DNA from: an uncultured virus (IMG/VR IMGVR_UViG_3300038393_001141)
Taxonomy: Duplodnaviria; Heunggongvirae; Uroviricota; Caudoviricetes
Strand: one strand, 5' to 3'
Virus record (IMG/VR): IMGVR_UViG_3300038393_001141
Length of the DNA: 20,000 nt
The notes under the pieces are model-generated. The model was given only the letters and a program-made list of their open reading frames with translations, was not told the origin of the DNA and did no database searches. This document shows, piece by piece, positions 1 through 9,787 of this stretch. Numbering within the stretch: position 1 is the stretch's first letter; every line of letters starts with the position of its first letter. The position numbers and the translations under genes are program-made.

Positions 1-318
1 GAGATGCAGGCGATCGAGGATGACCACACCTTGACCAGCGCCCAAAAAGACGATCAGATGAATCGCGTGCAGTTGAAATACAACGCGAAGGCTTCGCAGC
101 TGCGGGAGCCAAACCCAGCCAAGGTGGGACTTAAAGACGGACTGAGCAGCGATGGGCTGACCCTGACTATGGACGGGAAGGTGTACAACCGAAGCATGGA
201 TGGTAGGAGCTGGGAACCGGTTCAGATGCCCAATGAGAGTGGTGAAGAGGTGCGCTACGATGCCCAAGGCAATGCCTGGGTCAAGGGCCCGGATGGTAAA
301 CCGGTGCGTAAGCAATGA
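1..318 (+). CDS. Phage virion-region protein, C-terminal part (5' probably outside the window)
   Basis: Frame is open from base 1 (GAG ATG CAG...). Its TGA overlaps the ATG of the 1959-aa gene (ATGA, 315-318). Function inferred from position only. Confidence 0.6.
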   Translation, partial: EMQAIEDDHTLTSAQKDDQMNRVQLKYNAKASQLREPNPAKVGLKDGLSSDGLTLTMDGKVYNRSMDGRSWEPVQMPNESGEEVRYDAQGNAWVKGPDGKPVRKQ

Positions 319-3300
319 ACTGGGATGATCTGAGCCCGACACCTCCCTCTAGTCAATCTGGAGCACCTAACTGGGATGATCTGAGTCCTGCACCTCCTCG
401 CACCAAGAAATCCAGCGACGTAAAAACCGCGTTTGTCCAAGGTATCAAGGAAGTACCAGGCGCCATAACAGGGCTTGCGGATATCCCTGCAGGTCTGGTA
501 GGGCTCAATCGCCCATTCTCCCGAGCCGCTGACGCTGTTGGAGAGGCTATCGGGTTCCAACCTAGCAAGTACGCAAAGGCCGACGAGGCCAAGTATTCCG
601 ACAAGCACAAGGCCCAGAAGGCAGAGATCGATGCCATCGAGAAAGACCCCAACAAAGGGTTTAAGGACATGGCAGAGTTCTACGCCAAGAACCCTGAATA
701 CACTGGATTGAATATCGTACGGTCTCTGCCTTCCATGGTTTTGGGAGGTGTGTATGGTAGAGCGCTGAAGGGCATTGGAGGTAGTGCGGTAGCTCGCGGT
801 GCGGCTGGTGAAGGTGCTGTTATGGCCGGCCAGCAGATGGAAGGGATAGACAAGAATGTTGACCCGCAGCGAGCAGCTGCGGCAGCTGTAGCCACTGGTA
901 CGATCGGGGCAGGTATAGGTGCTCTTGGCGGTCGCATCGCGCAAAAAGCAGGTATTGCAGATGTCAACACACTTCTTGCAGGTGGTGGCCGCGGCACCGG
1001 TCCAGTTGACCTGGTCAAGAGGGGAATCATAGGACGCAGTGCTACAGGCTTGGTTCAGGAAGGCACAGAAGAACTAGGCCAGTCTCTCACGGAGCAGGGC
1101 GCCAAGAACCTGGCTGAAGAAAAGCCGTTCACTCAAGGCATGATGCGTGCTGGTATTGAAGGCACACTTGCAGGTAGCGCCATGGGCGCCGGTGCTGGAG
1201 CAATAAGCCGCAGCCGTAGCGGTGAGACCGCGGTAAACGCAAATCCCACTGAGCACGAAGAGCCCGCAGACGAAGCTGCGCAAGTTGCCGAAGAGGCCCT
1301 GCAGGCCGCACCCGAGCAGCAACCCCAGCCCACCCAAGACATGCCGGCGCCTCCTGCCGGTAACCCGCTCATCGAACAGCAACAGGCTGAGCAAGAACAA
1401 GAAGCCCGGGCACAGGCTGCCAAGGCCAAAAGAGACGCGCTTATCTCCAAGGTAGGAGGTGTGGTGCCGATCGCTGGCACCAACATGTCGTTGTTCAACG
1501 GCAAGCCCTACCACAATGACGATCCTGACGGAGCGCTGGACAAGCAGATAGCCAAGCTGCAGGAAGCCGAAGACCAGAAACCTACCGTGCGCCGTGCTGT
1601 TGAGGATGCATACGTATCCGCATTCAACGACATGAATAAGACGGCGATCGGAGCCGGCGAGGTCAAACCACTCACTTTCTCTGGCATCACAGGGAAAGTA
1701 GCCAAACTGGTCGGCGGTGCCCAAGATGCCGAGGATGCTGCCTCACGCATAAGCGCCCAGATCGATTTAAAGGTAGGTGCCAATGGTAAGGTATCGCCTG
1801 AGGTTGAATTGCTGCAGGATATCTATGAAAGGCTCACTGGTGAGGAGCATCCGTCCATTGCCAGAGTGCAGGAAATACAAAACCAGGAGAAGGCCAATGC
1901 GAAGCCAAGTGTGGTTCAACCAGCAGCAAAGACAGAACCTGCAACAAGCACCCCAGTTCCTTCAGCGGTCCCCTCAATTCCTGCAACAAGCACCGCAGCA
2001 TCTTCAGGGGCATCAGCGCAGCCAACCGCTTCCGTCAACGCTCAGGCCCCTGCAGTATCAAGACCCGGACCCAGCGGGGGGGTCACCCCTGCACCGCAAC
2101 TCGTCATAGTAACACGGCAAGGTAAGCAGGTTCAGCTACCCAAGGAGACCATTGCCAAGGATGTAGCTGCAGCGTACGCAGACCCCAAGAAGGCTCCAAT
2201 CCTACAGGATGTGACCGGTACAGAATCCGGCAACACCATGACCTTCCGGGAAGCGGCGGTGGCGTCCCTCACTCGCCAGAAGAAACCGGCAACGGAAAAG
2301 GCAGTAGAGAACGAGCGCAAGCGCATCCACAAGATGCTTGCAGGATTGGGCATCACTGAGGCTGTGGTGGATAAGGTATCGTCGACGCAAGCGTCGAGAC
2401 CCCTTGAAGAAGTATCAGATCAGCCAGACGAAGGTGTGAGCATAGTCAACAGCCCGAACGCATCGGTAGCGATCGAGCCCCTGACCCCCAAGCAGAAAAA
2501 GCTGCAGGGTGAAGCTGACAAAATAATGAAAGAGCAGGCCGATGTCAAAACGCCTGAAGTTACGACCGCCGCAGAGCAGGAGGTTGAGAAAGCAATAGAG
2601 GAACGGCGACGTGCCGCAGCAGAAGCCACCAGACAACGAGCAATTGCAGAGGCCGCCAGGTCTCCCTATGCCAACGAAGCAAGAGACGATTGGAATGATA
2701 TTCCGGATGTAATAGATGGAGTAGCCCCTAAGTTCGACCAGCTCACAGTCGATGAGAGAGCAGAAATTGTGGCTCTTTACGAAATGTATAAGAATGATGT
2801 AATCTCATACGCACAGTTTGAGATTTACGAACGCGGGATTTTGCTTGATCAGGAGAAAATAGATGGTGGGTACGACTCAGAAGCTGCAGCAACTCTACCT
2901 GGAGTTCGCGATGATGTCACCCGAGCAAAAAGCTCAAGTGATGAAGGAAGCACCGGAGTTTCACAAATCAGCAACAAGGATGGCTCCGATAATGCTGAAG
3001 GTGGAAGCGGCCCGGCAAAAGCGCCTGTCGTCGCAATAAAGAAAAAGCGGTCAGTAAAGACAGAGGCCAACCCGGAAGCTGCCCAAGACTTCAAAGACGG
3101 ACTGTCGGACCTGGGAGATATTCTCACCAAAGTTGGGCGGGCAAACCTAACGCCTGAGCAGGATAAAGACCTTCTCGGGGTACTGACCAAACTCGTCGGT
3201 GCGGCTATCCGCATGGGATACTCCTCCCTGGAGCAAGCCACGAGGTTCGTTCTGGATTCTGTCAAGAAGAAGTTCGGCGCTAAGGCTGTGCCTGTCACCC

Positions 3301-6194
3301 CTGCGCGAGTCAAGACCGCGTACCAATCCAGCAGCATAATCGAACGCAACGTATCCAAGCTACCACCCTCACTGCAGGGCCCTGCGTTCATCGCTGCTAC
3401 CAACATCAAAGATTTGGTGCAGAAAGGTATTTTTGGTCTAAGCTTCGGTCATGACCTGGCAGATATGGTTTCCGATACCTTGCCTACCGCCAAGAGATTC
3501 TTCGATTTTCTAGATAAAAAAGAGGCGGTAAAAAACCGGCTTGAACTGGAGATAAACAATATAGCCGCGGAAGGGTATAAAGTTCCGGATCAAGCAGCGC
3601 TTAACAAATTTCTTAAGACATCCACTCGTAGCCAGAAGTGGGGGTACCAGCCAACGTGGCTTACAGAGAATAAGCCAGACCCTGCAGCCCAAGCAGCTTA
3701 TGACAAACTAGCGAAGAAAGAGCGTACCGCTGCAGAGTACGAGAAACTTATGAAAACAGCTAAGCCTGTCAAAGTCAAGGTGGCTATAGACCCCGCAGCG
3801 GCAGCGGCTTACGACAAGCTTTCCAAGCAATCCAAGGTTGTAGCTGACAAGATGTTCCATAGTGGCTGGAAGTCACGCAATGACCTTACGTCTGAGGTTC
3901 GCAACAGCATAAATACTGGGTTCGATGAGGAATTAAAATTAGCATCTGAAGCTGAGAAGGCTAAAATACGCGAGAAGCGCAAGGCCGAAATGCATTTATT
4001 TGATACTCAATTTCGTGCTCTCAGCGGCCCGTACGCTCCCCTGTCCCGGTTCGGCGATTTCGTCATGGTGGCCAAGTCCCAGGAACGAATTGATGCTGAG
4101 AAGCGCGGAGATACCAAGTGGCTTGAGAAGGAGGGCATCGAACCAGAACATTATGTAGTGGAATTCCATGACAGCCTGGGCGCCGCCAAGTGGGCTGCAA
4201 AGCAGCTGGAAGGCACTTACGCAAACACTGTAGGCGCTACCAAGCAAGCCTACGCCAAGGGCATGTCAGAAGCCCCATGGTCAGCTCTGCGGCGGCTGAA
4301 GATGATGGTCAACGAGCACTTCAAGGACAACTCCGAAGAGGGAAAAAAGGCTCTGACTCAGGTAAACCAGCTCTTGAAGGATTTGTACCTGTCCAACCTG
4401 GCAGAGACTGCAGCACGCAAGCACGATCTTAAACGCAAGGATATTGAAGGTGCATCGGATGATATGCTCCGAGCATTCGCTTCCAAGGGCAAGGCTGACG
4501 CACACTTTATGGCTGCGCTGATGCATACCGGAGAAGTTCAGGATGCCCTAACAGAGATGCGAAACGAGGCCCACGGCACCACTGACAACAGCTCGGGGCG
4601 AGCTGAGCGTACCAACGCCTTCAACGAAATATTCAGGCGCTATGCGGGTAGCATGGACTACAGGCCGACCCCGGTACAGGACAAAATCCTGATGCTCAAC
4701 TCTGTGTGGATGCTCCTGACTAAGCCATCCTACTACCTGCAGAATGCGACTCAGCCGTTTATGATGTCTCTTCCGGTCATGGCCGGTCGTCATGGGTACA
4801 TTAAGTCAGCTGCAACGCTCACGCAAGCGTACAGAGACCTAGCTGATGGATTTGGTAAGGACTCCGCGGTTCAGGGGTTCCTGGACGGTCACTTTGATGT
4901 GAATGCCATGCCTATCAAGGCCGATGAAAAAGCAGCTCTCAAGAAGCTACTGGAGCTTGGCATCCTGGATATCGGCATAAATATGGACATGGGCTATTGG
5001 GAGTCCCGTGGTGGTTTGGCACAGCCCGCAGTGGATGTTGCACATAGAATGTCGACGCTGGTTAAGCAGGTGGAGGTAATGAACCGGGTAACCACTGCGC
5101 TTACTGCATACCGGCTCGCTGGTGGCGGCACCAAGGGCATAGAAGAGGCTAAACAGGTTGTGCGTACAACCCACGGCAACTACTCCACGTTCAACGCTCC
5201 CAGTTTTTATAATAAGCTGCCAAAGCTGGTGGTTCAGTTCAGGAAATTCCAGCTAATCCAGTTGTCCCTTATGTCAAGGTTGGTGCATCAATCCTTCAAG
5301 GGCGACACCAAGGAAATCAAAGCAGCGGCAAGGGCATCGCTGGCGTACACGCTAGGGCATTATTTTGTTATGGCTGGAGCCTTGGGTATGCCGGCCATGA
5401 GTCTCGTCGGTATGGGGCTTGCAGCTGCGTTTGGAGACGAAGAAGAACCAGAAGACTTTGAGCTCTTGGCACGGCGTGCGATCGGGAATGAAGAAGTCGC
5501 AGATGTATTGCTTAAAGGCGCTCCAACCCTGGCAGGCATGGACCTCTCCGGGATGCTGGGCGCTGGTAACATGATAAGTTTCCTACCGTACAACGACATA
5601 AACATAACATCAGCCAAGGGATTCAAGGAGACCGGCTGGGGTATCTTGGGGCCAGCTATAGGCGGCACTGCACCTAAAATGGCTGAGGGCATAGGATTGA
5701 TGCAGAAGGGTGACATCTACAAGGGTTTCGAGAAGATGCTACCCAACGGTCTTGCCAACGCTATGAAAGCCTACCGGGAAGCTACCGAGGGGATGTCGAA
5801 CAAGAACAACGACATGACCCTAAGCCCAGAGGAAATAAGCCTGTGGGACTCGTTCCTGACTTCAATGAGCATCCGCACCCAAACAGCTGCCAAGACTCAA
5901 CTGGTGCAGGGAGCCAAGATCGACTATGAAAACTTCTACAAAGAGCGAACCGGTGAGATCAAGCACCGCTATGTAAAAGCCTGGAAAGAAGGTGATGGGG
6001 ACACCATGGCTGAGATGCGCCAGGAGTGGCAGGATGTCCAGATGTCAAAAGCTCGGAACGGGTTTGCCAAACAGCCGATGAGTGATCTTGTCAGAGCCCC
6101 CCGCGAGCAGAGAAAGCGCGAACGCAACACTGCCGGAGGGGTTCAGTTTCAGAAAGGATCAAGAAGGTTTGTTCATGAGACTGCTGGGTTATGA
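315..6194 (+). CDS. Large phage protein with PLxRFG motif (large polyvalent protein-type; probable internal virion/DNA-ejection protein)
   Basis: 1959-aa ORF with a Gly/Ala-rich N-terminal region and Pro/Ala/Thr linkers. GPYAPLSRFGDF motif (PLSRFG at 4038-4055, about aa 1242) precedes a helical C-terminal region (THGNY...QFRKF). Last gene of the + strand module. Confidence 0.75.
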   Translation: MNWDDLSPTPPSSQSGAPNWDDLSPAPPRTKKSSDVKTAFVQGIKEVPGAITGLADIPAGLVGLNRPFSRAADAVGEAIGFQPSKYAKADEAKYSDKHKAQKAEIDAIEKDPNKGFKDMAEFYAKNPEYTGLNIVRSLPSMVLGGVYGRALKGIGGSAVARGAAGEGAVMAGQQMEGIDKNVDPQRAAAAAVATGTIGAGIGALGGRIAQKAGIADVNTLLAGGGRGTGPVDLVKRGIIGRSATGLVQEGTEELGQSLTEQGAKNLAEEKPFTQGMMRAGIEGTLAGSAMGAGAGAISRSRSGETAVNANPTEHEEPADEAAQVAEEALQAAPEQQPQPTQDMPAPPAGNPLIEQQQAEQEQEARAQAAKAKRDALISKVGGVVPIAGTNMSLFNGKPYHNDDPDGALDKQIAKLQEAEDQKPTVRRAVEDAYVSAFNDMNKTAIGAGEVKPLTFSGITGKVAKLVGGAQDAEDAASRISAQIDLKVGANGKVSPEVELLQDIYERLTGEEHPSIARVQEIQNQEKANAKPSVVQPAAKTEPATSTPVPSAVPSIPATSTAASSGASAQPTASVNAQAPAVSRPGPSGGVTPAPQLVIVTRQGKQVQLPKETIAKDVAAAYADPKKAPILQDVTGTESGNTMTFREAAVASLTRQKKPATEKAVENERKRIHKMLAGLGITEAVVDKVSSTQASRPLEEVSDQPDEGVSIVNSPNASVAIEPLTPKQKKLQGEADKIMKEQADVKTPEVTTAAEQEVEKAIEERRRAAAEATRQRAIAEAARSPYANEARDDWNDIPDVIDGVAPKFDQLTVDERAEIVALYEMYKNDVISYAQFEIYERGILLDQEKIDGGYDSEAAATLPGVRDDVTRAKSSSDEGSTGVSQISNKDGSDNAEGGSGPAKAPVVAIKKKRSVKTEANPEAAQDFKDGLSDLGDILTKVGRANLTPEQDKDLLGVLTKLVGAAIRMGYSSLEQATRFVLDSVKKKFGAKAVPVTPARVKTAYQSSSIIERNVSKLPPSLQGPAFIAATNIKDLVQKGIFGLSFGHDLADMVSDTLPTAKRFFDFLDKKEAVKNRLELEINNIAAEGYKVPDQAALNKFLKTSTRSQKWGYQPTWLTENKPDPAAQAAYDKLAKKERTAAEYEKLMKTAKPVKVKVAIDPAAAAAYDKLSKQSKVVADKMFHSGWKSRNDLTSEVRNSINTGFDEELKLASEAEKAKIREKRKAEMHLFDTQFRALSGPYAPLSRFGDFVMVAKSQERIDAEKRGDTKWLEKEGIEPEHYVVEFHDSLGAAKWAAKQLEGTYANTVGATKQAYAKGMSEAPWSALRRLKMMVNEHFKDNSEEGKKALTQVNQLLKDLYLSNLAETAARKHDLKRKDIEGASDDMLRAFASKGKADAHFMAALMHTGEVQDALTEMRNEAHGTTDNSSGRAERTNAFNEIFRRYAGSMDYRPTPVQDKILMLNSVWMLLTKPSYYLQNATQPFMMSLPVMAGRHGYIKSAATLTQAYRDLADGFGKDSAVQGFLDGHFDVNAMPIKADEKAALKKLLELGILDIGINMDMGYWESRGGLAQPAVDVAHRMSTLVKQVEVMNRVTTALTAYRLAGGGTKGIEEAKQVVRTTHGNYSTFNAPSFYNKLPKLVVQFRKFQLIQLSLMSRLVHQSFKGDTKEIKAAARASLAYTLGHYFVMAGALGMPAMSLVGMGLAAAFGDEEEPEDFELLARRAIGNEEVADVLLKGAPTLAGMDLSGMLGAGNMISFLPYNDINITSAKGFKETGWGILGPAIGGTAPKMAEGIGLMQKGDIYKGFEKMLPNGLANAMKAYREATEGMSNKNNDMTLSPEEISLWDSFLTSMSIRTQTAAKTQLVQGAKIDYENFYKERTGEIKHRYVKAWKEGDGDTMAEMRQEWQDVQMSKARNGFAKQPMSDLVRAPREQRKRERNTAGGVQFQKGSRRFVHETAGL
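318..399 (+). repeat. 51-bp-period duplication encoding NWDDLSP(T/A)PP twice
   Basis: AACTGGGATGATCTGAG at 318-334 and 369-385; CACCTCCTC at 340-348 and 391-399. Confidence 0.9.
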
Positions 6195-6210
6195 GTCTTA
6201 GGGTTCGGGC

Positions 6211-6228
6211 ATAGCTGCAATCAGCTAT
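6211..6228. terminator. Possible hairpin between convergent operons
   Basis: ATAGCTG-CAAT-CAGCTAT, a 7-bp stem at the junction of the convergent genes. No U-tract on either side. Confidence 0.25.
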
Positions 6229-6566
6229 AGGATTTCAGCTTTCAATGCTTTGTTCTCCTCCTGCAACCCCTCAATCAAGTCAGCCGCCTTCGTCTGCAGT
6301 GGTATTACTGGATACCGATCTACTGCCCCAGGGTAAATTCCGCGCAGATTATTGACGATGTCTGTCGTGTCTGCCTTCAGCTCAGCCAGACGCTCTTTAG
6401 TGATCCTTCCCAGGGCTGTGGGCCGCGTCTTGGGGCTTGCCTGCCACGCTTGCCACATCATGGATGCTATGTCGTGATAGTAGTAACCCTCTTGCTCGTT
6501 GTAATCCAACGGCATATTAGGCTTTACGGATTTCATCCAGCGTTCAAAGTGTTCTTTTCTGGTCAC
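6225..6566 (-). CDS. Hypothetical phage protein (113 aa)
   Basis: GTG start overlaps the primase stop (GTGA) with GAGG upstream. FERW...WQAWQA pattern is typical of small phage proteins; short C-terminal coiled coil. Confidence 0.7.
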   Translation of the reverse strand: MTRKEHFERWMKSVKPNMPLDYNEQEGYYYHDIASMMWQAWQASPKTRPTALGRITKERLAELKADTTDIVNNLRGIYPGAVDRYPVIPLQTKAADLIEGLQEENKALKAEIL

Positions 6567-9448
6567 ACAGCCTCCTCTAACATGTTCAATGGTTCGTTAG
6601 GCTTCACAAGATTCAGATGTCCGAACGCCTTGGTGGCCAAGCACAAGCACCTGGTAGGCGGGGTTTGCGTGTCAGTTCCAGTCCCCAGTCTCACCATTGC
6701 TACATCCTTGAGCCATCCTTTCGACTCGATAATGGACTTCATCTCGCTGTAGCTAACGTCGTTCTTCTTGCACCAATCTATGACTGCTTTCGTCGATATG
6801 TACATCTCCCCGGTATTCACCGATACCCGACCCGTAATAGCACCATGCGGCGGACCGTAGTTTGTCACGTAGTGCGCTACTTGCTTCTGCCTAGTATCTC
6901 CCATGGTGTAGGTGACAATAAACCCGCCATGAAGCTCAGCAACCATCGAGCTGAACATATCACTCAAATCTCGCACCGATTCGCTTGAGATGGATTTCAA
7001 GTCCCTCAACCTGGCAATCACCCACCCGCGAAGAGCCACCATATCAAACTTGTGCAAACCAAGCTGTTGCGCGATCCTGCCGGCTACCAGCACACATGCA
7101 GCACCCATCTTCCAGTTACGACCATCCCTCTCCAGGTGAGCATCGCTCATGAGGTCAGCACCTACCCGGTTCAACTCATCGAACAACGCAGCGCGGTTCT
7201 GCACCACATAAGGCAGGAACACCTCGCCGGCCACACCTGTGATCTCCATGAGCTCCTGGAACACCTCAGCGCCTTCCACAGACGACATCGCGGATGTGTA
7301 GTGTTCAGTGAACCGGTACTGCCACACCCGGGCCATTTGAGGAGCTGCGTTCGAGTACACCATCGACATATTTTCAGACATAGGCTTGTTGCCGCTGGTG
7401 AGCAGGAAATTGCACCAGTTGATATCTGAGTTGTCACGCAGTCCGCCGTCAGCTTTGGCTTGTATCTTGGCTATGCCGCTACTATACCGGTACGCAAACT
7501 CACCGATCTTTTCTCCCTTCCAGTTGGTCGCTTCATCCAGCACCATGGGCAGGTTTCTATGCATGCCGGCTGTGATGGTTAGCGCGAGAGGAGTGGTTCC
7601 ATCGGCATCAACAATGTCCGTCTTGCTCCAAATTCCCACGGCAAGTTTTGATGCTGTACTCTTGCCGGCGCCTGACTTGCGGGACCAGGCGTTGAATACG
7701 ATCCCGATCGGTTTCGGGTGAATGATGTGCAGGAGGATGGATGCAAACCCAGCCAGGTACGTGAACTGGAACTCCTCGTGGTCCGGATGGTTGTAGGCCC
7801 GGTTCACCAGTTGCTTGTACCTATCCAGATCGCCGGTTGGAACCATGGAGTCAGCCAGCTTGCGCAGGGTCGGCTTGAGTTTGATAGTCTTGATTTCCCC
7901 GCTCGGTAGGTACTGCTTGTCTCCGTACAAGAAAGAACCATCGTCGTACCACCCCATATGCGTGAACATGGCAGTCTCAGCTTGAACACGCTTTATTTCT
8001 TCAATCCACATATGCATATATCTCTCCAGCGACCTCAGTTTTCCCGGCTTGATTGAAACCATCAGGCTGCCGCACAGGGCACCCAGAAGAGCGCTCCCAC
8101 CCTGACCAAATACCTTGGCGTCGATCTCAGCTTCCTTGTACACCCCAGGCTTTATGTACGCCCTAATGACAGCCCGGTACTGGCCAGACTCAACGTCCCG
8201 GTAGTAGTCTATGACTTCAGGTATCGAGCTGGTTATTACATTCCACACTGGGGATCCGCCATCTACCTTCTCGTATGCACTCAGCCCGCCAGCCTCTTTG
8301 CGGAACTTACCCTCGAACACAGCCGGTAGCGATCCAAGCTCTTCGACAGTTTCCTCTCCTGAATCTGAGACGTATGTAACCGTGCTGACAGCCGGAGGCT
8401 GTATGGCTCCCAACCGTATAGGCGCCTTGACACTGAACTCACAGCCAGCACACCCCTCCGGGTTGATGCTCTTGAACGACTCGCACGTAGCAGGGCCTGA
8501 ATTCCAGTTGGAAAGCTTCTCTTCAGTGTCCTGGTAGTTGTACCCGGGGTGTCCACTACTCCACTCATGCGCAAACTGGGGCCCGTCGACTGCTTGCTTT
8601 ATCGCTCCAAGGCAAATGCGCCACAGCGGTTCGGACTGGCCAACTCCCTTGTTGTCCCTGAACAAGCGAATCTGGTTGCACTTGTCAGCTATTATTTCTG
8701 CAGATGCCGGCTCAAACTCCAACCCCCCACCGAGATCGTCGTTTATCCCAGAGACAGGGGCTCTTGAAGGAGGCGCCACGTTCAGCCCTAAATCCTTTTT
8801 GATCTGGGATAGTTTGGCGACCCACGATTTAAACTTTATCGGCACCAGATTTGGAGTGCCCATCAGCTTCACAGGCTTGACACCCAGACCCTTCGCGGTC
8901 TTGTCGTTGTTGGTCCCTATAGGACGCAGTACGCTGGATATATCCGCGGTGCGGCTGGTGTCGTCCTGGCCAAGTTTGTAGTGGGCACATATCGATTTGA
9001 AAACACCGGCAGCCACGCGCCACTGATCTCTTGGCACATCCTGGTCGAACGTCCAGTAGACATGAAGTCCATTGCCGCTATTAACGAGTAGGTTATATTT
9101 GGGTAGGCCCGTCGTATCCAGAAAATTACTGAGCTGTATCAGGTTATCTCTCTGGTTCCCGTCTAAGTCTAACCATTGTGATTTAGCGTATAGTGCGTTT
9201 TCTCCTGTCCTGTAATGTGTCTTTGTAGTTCCATCTGCATGTGTTGTTGTGTAACTAGGTTGGTCAAACGATGCACATGCGAAGTAGACATTCGTGCCGC
9301 GGCTGCTGATTGTAGCCGCACGCTCAGCCATATATTTGGTGTCGGTAAAATGTAAGTGTTTGTATCCTTTATTACTATTTAACGGTAACGCGAGGAAATA
9401 GTTACCACTGGACGGCAGAATTGCCGTGAGAAATTGCTCCGTATTCAT
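6563..9448 (-). CDS. AEP-type DNA primase fused to DUF927-like region and P-loop helicase/ATPase (961 aa)
   Basis: AEP motifs WLDLDG (DxD), SGNGLHVYW and ADISSVLRPIGT; Cys cluster CESF..CAGC; HMGW; Walker A SGAGKST; Walker B VLDE. Start placed at ATG 9448 (GGGAGAG RBS) rather than 9499. Confidence 0.85.
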   Translation of the reverse strand: MNTEQFLTAILPSSGNYFLALPLNSNKGYKHLHFTDTKYMAERAATISSRGTNVYFACASFDQPSYTTTHADGTTKTHYRTGENALYAKSQWLDLDGNQRDNLIQLSNFLDTTGLPKYNLLVNSGNGLHVYWTFDQDVPRDQWRVAAGVFKSICAHYKLGQDDTSRTADISSVLRPIGTNNDKTAKGLGVKPVKLMGTPNLVPIKFKSWVAKLSQIKKDLGLNVAPPSRAPVSGINDDLGGGLEFEPASAEIIADKCNQIRLFRDNKGVGQSEPLWRICLGAIKQAVDGPQFAHEWSSGHPGYNYQDTEEKLSNWNSGPATCESFKSINPEGCAGCEFSVKAPIRLGAIQPPAVSTVTYVSDSGEETVEELGSLPAVFEGKFRKEAGGLSAYEKVDGGSPVWNVITSSIPEVIDYYRDVESGQYRAVIRAYIKPGVYKEAEIDAKVFGQGGSALLGALCGSLMVSIKPGKLRSLERYMHMWIEEIKRVQAETAMFTHMGWYDDGSFLYGDKQYLPSGEIKTIKLKPTLRKLADSMVPTGDLDRYKQLVNRAYNHPDHEEFQFTYLAGFASILLHIIHPKPIGIVFNAWSRKSGAGKSTASKLAVGIWSKTDIVDADGTTPLALTITAGMHRNLPMVLDEATNWKGEKIGEFAYRYSSGIAKIQAKADGGLRDNSDINWCNFLLTSGNKPMSENMSMVYSNAAPQMARVWQYRFTEHYTSAMSSVEGAEVFQELMEITGVAGEVFLPYVVQNRAALFDELNRVGADLMSDAHLERDGRNWKMGAACVLVAGRIAQQLGLHKFDMVALRGWVIARLRDLKSISSESVRDLSDMFSSMVAELHGGFIVTYTMGDTRQKQVAHYVTNYGPPHGAITGRVSVNTGEMYISTKAVIDWCKKNDVSYSEMKSIIESKGWLKDVAMVRLGTGTDTQTPPTRCLCLATKAFGHLNLVKPNEPLNMLEEAV

Positions 9449-9470
9449 CAAACTCTCCCGAGGACAGAGT

Positions 9471-9499
9471 ATCCTACGCCTTGTAATGCGTATTGGCAA
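9471..9499 (-). promoter_or_regulatory. Sigma70-type promoter for the primase gene
   Basis: TTGCCA (9499-9494), 17 bp, TAGGAT (9476-9471) in an AT-rich intergenic gap. TTGTAAT direct repeats at 9481-9487 and 9506-9512. Confidence 0.55.
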
Positions 9500-9517
9500 T
9501 AGGTATTGTAATCTGAC

Positions 9518-9787
9518 CTACGATTTGTCTTGAGGTGTCATGTAATGCTCTATTGTAGAGCATATGTAACTACTCTCTTCGCGACCTCTGTAGTGTTTCG
9601 GGGAAGGGAGCTTTTGATCTTGAACTGCCTGGTTGATGGATTCCAGCAAGAGCTTGACCCTACTTCGAAGCAGTGAATGGGGTTCGGTGTGATTGTTGAG
9701 CCATTGACTGGCTGTGACTCGACTGATGCCGAGTAATTTTGCTACGTGGCGGGGTTTGATACCTGCACTGACAGCCTGTTCAAACAT
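9518..9787 (-). CDS. Small Cro/XRE-like helix-turn-helix protein (89 aa)
   Basis: GIKPRHVAKLLGISRVTASQWLN HTH pattern. Start overlaps the upstream stop (TAATG). Confidence 0.8.
   Translation of the reverse strand: MFEQAVSAGIKPRHVAKLLGISRVTASQWLNNHTEPHSLLRSRVKLLLESINQAVQDQKLPSPKHYRGREESSYICSTIEHYMTPQDKS

Noticed and set aside
255..5716. Many - strand ORFs of 60-229 aa opposite the large gene
   Set aside because: Essentially wholly antisense to the + strand genes, with no motifs; shadow ORFs.
9449..9499. Primase start at 9499, and similarly the track starts at 11891, 14331 and 15990
   Set aside because: Downstream starts have better RBS or coupling; the extensions overlap promoters or upstream genes.
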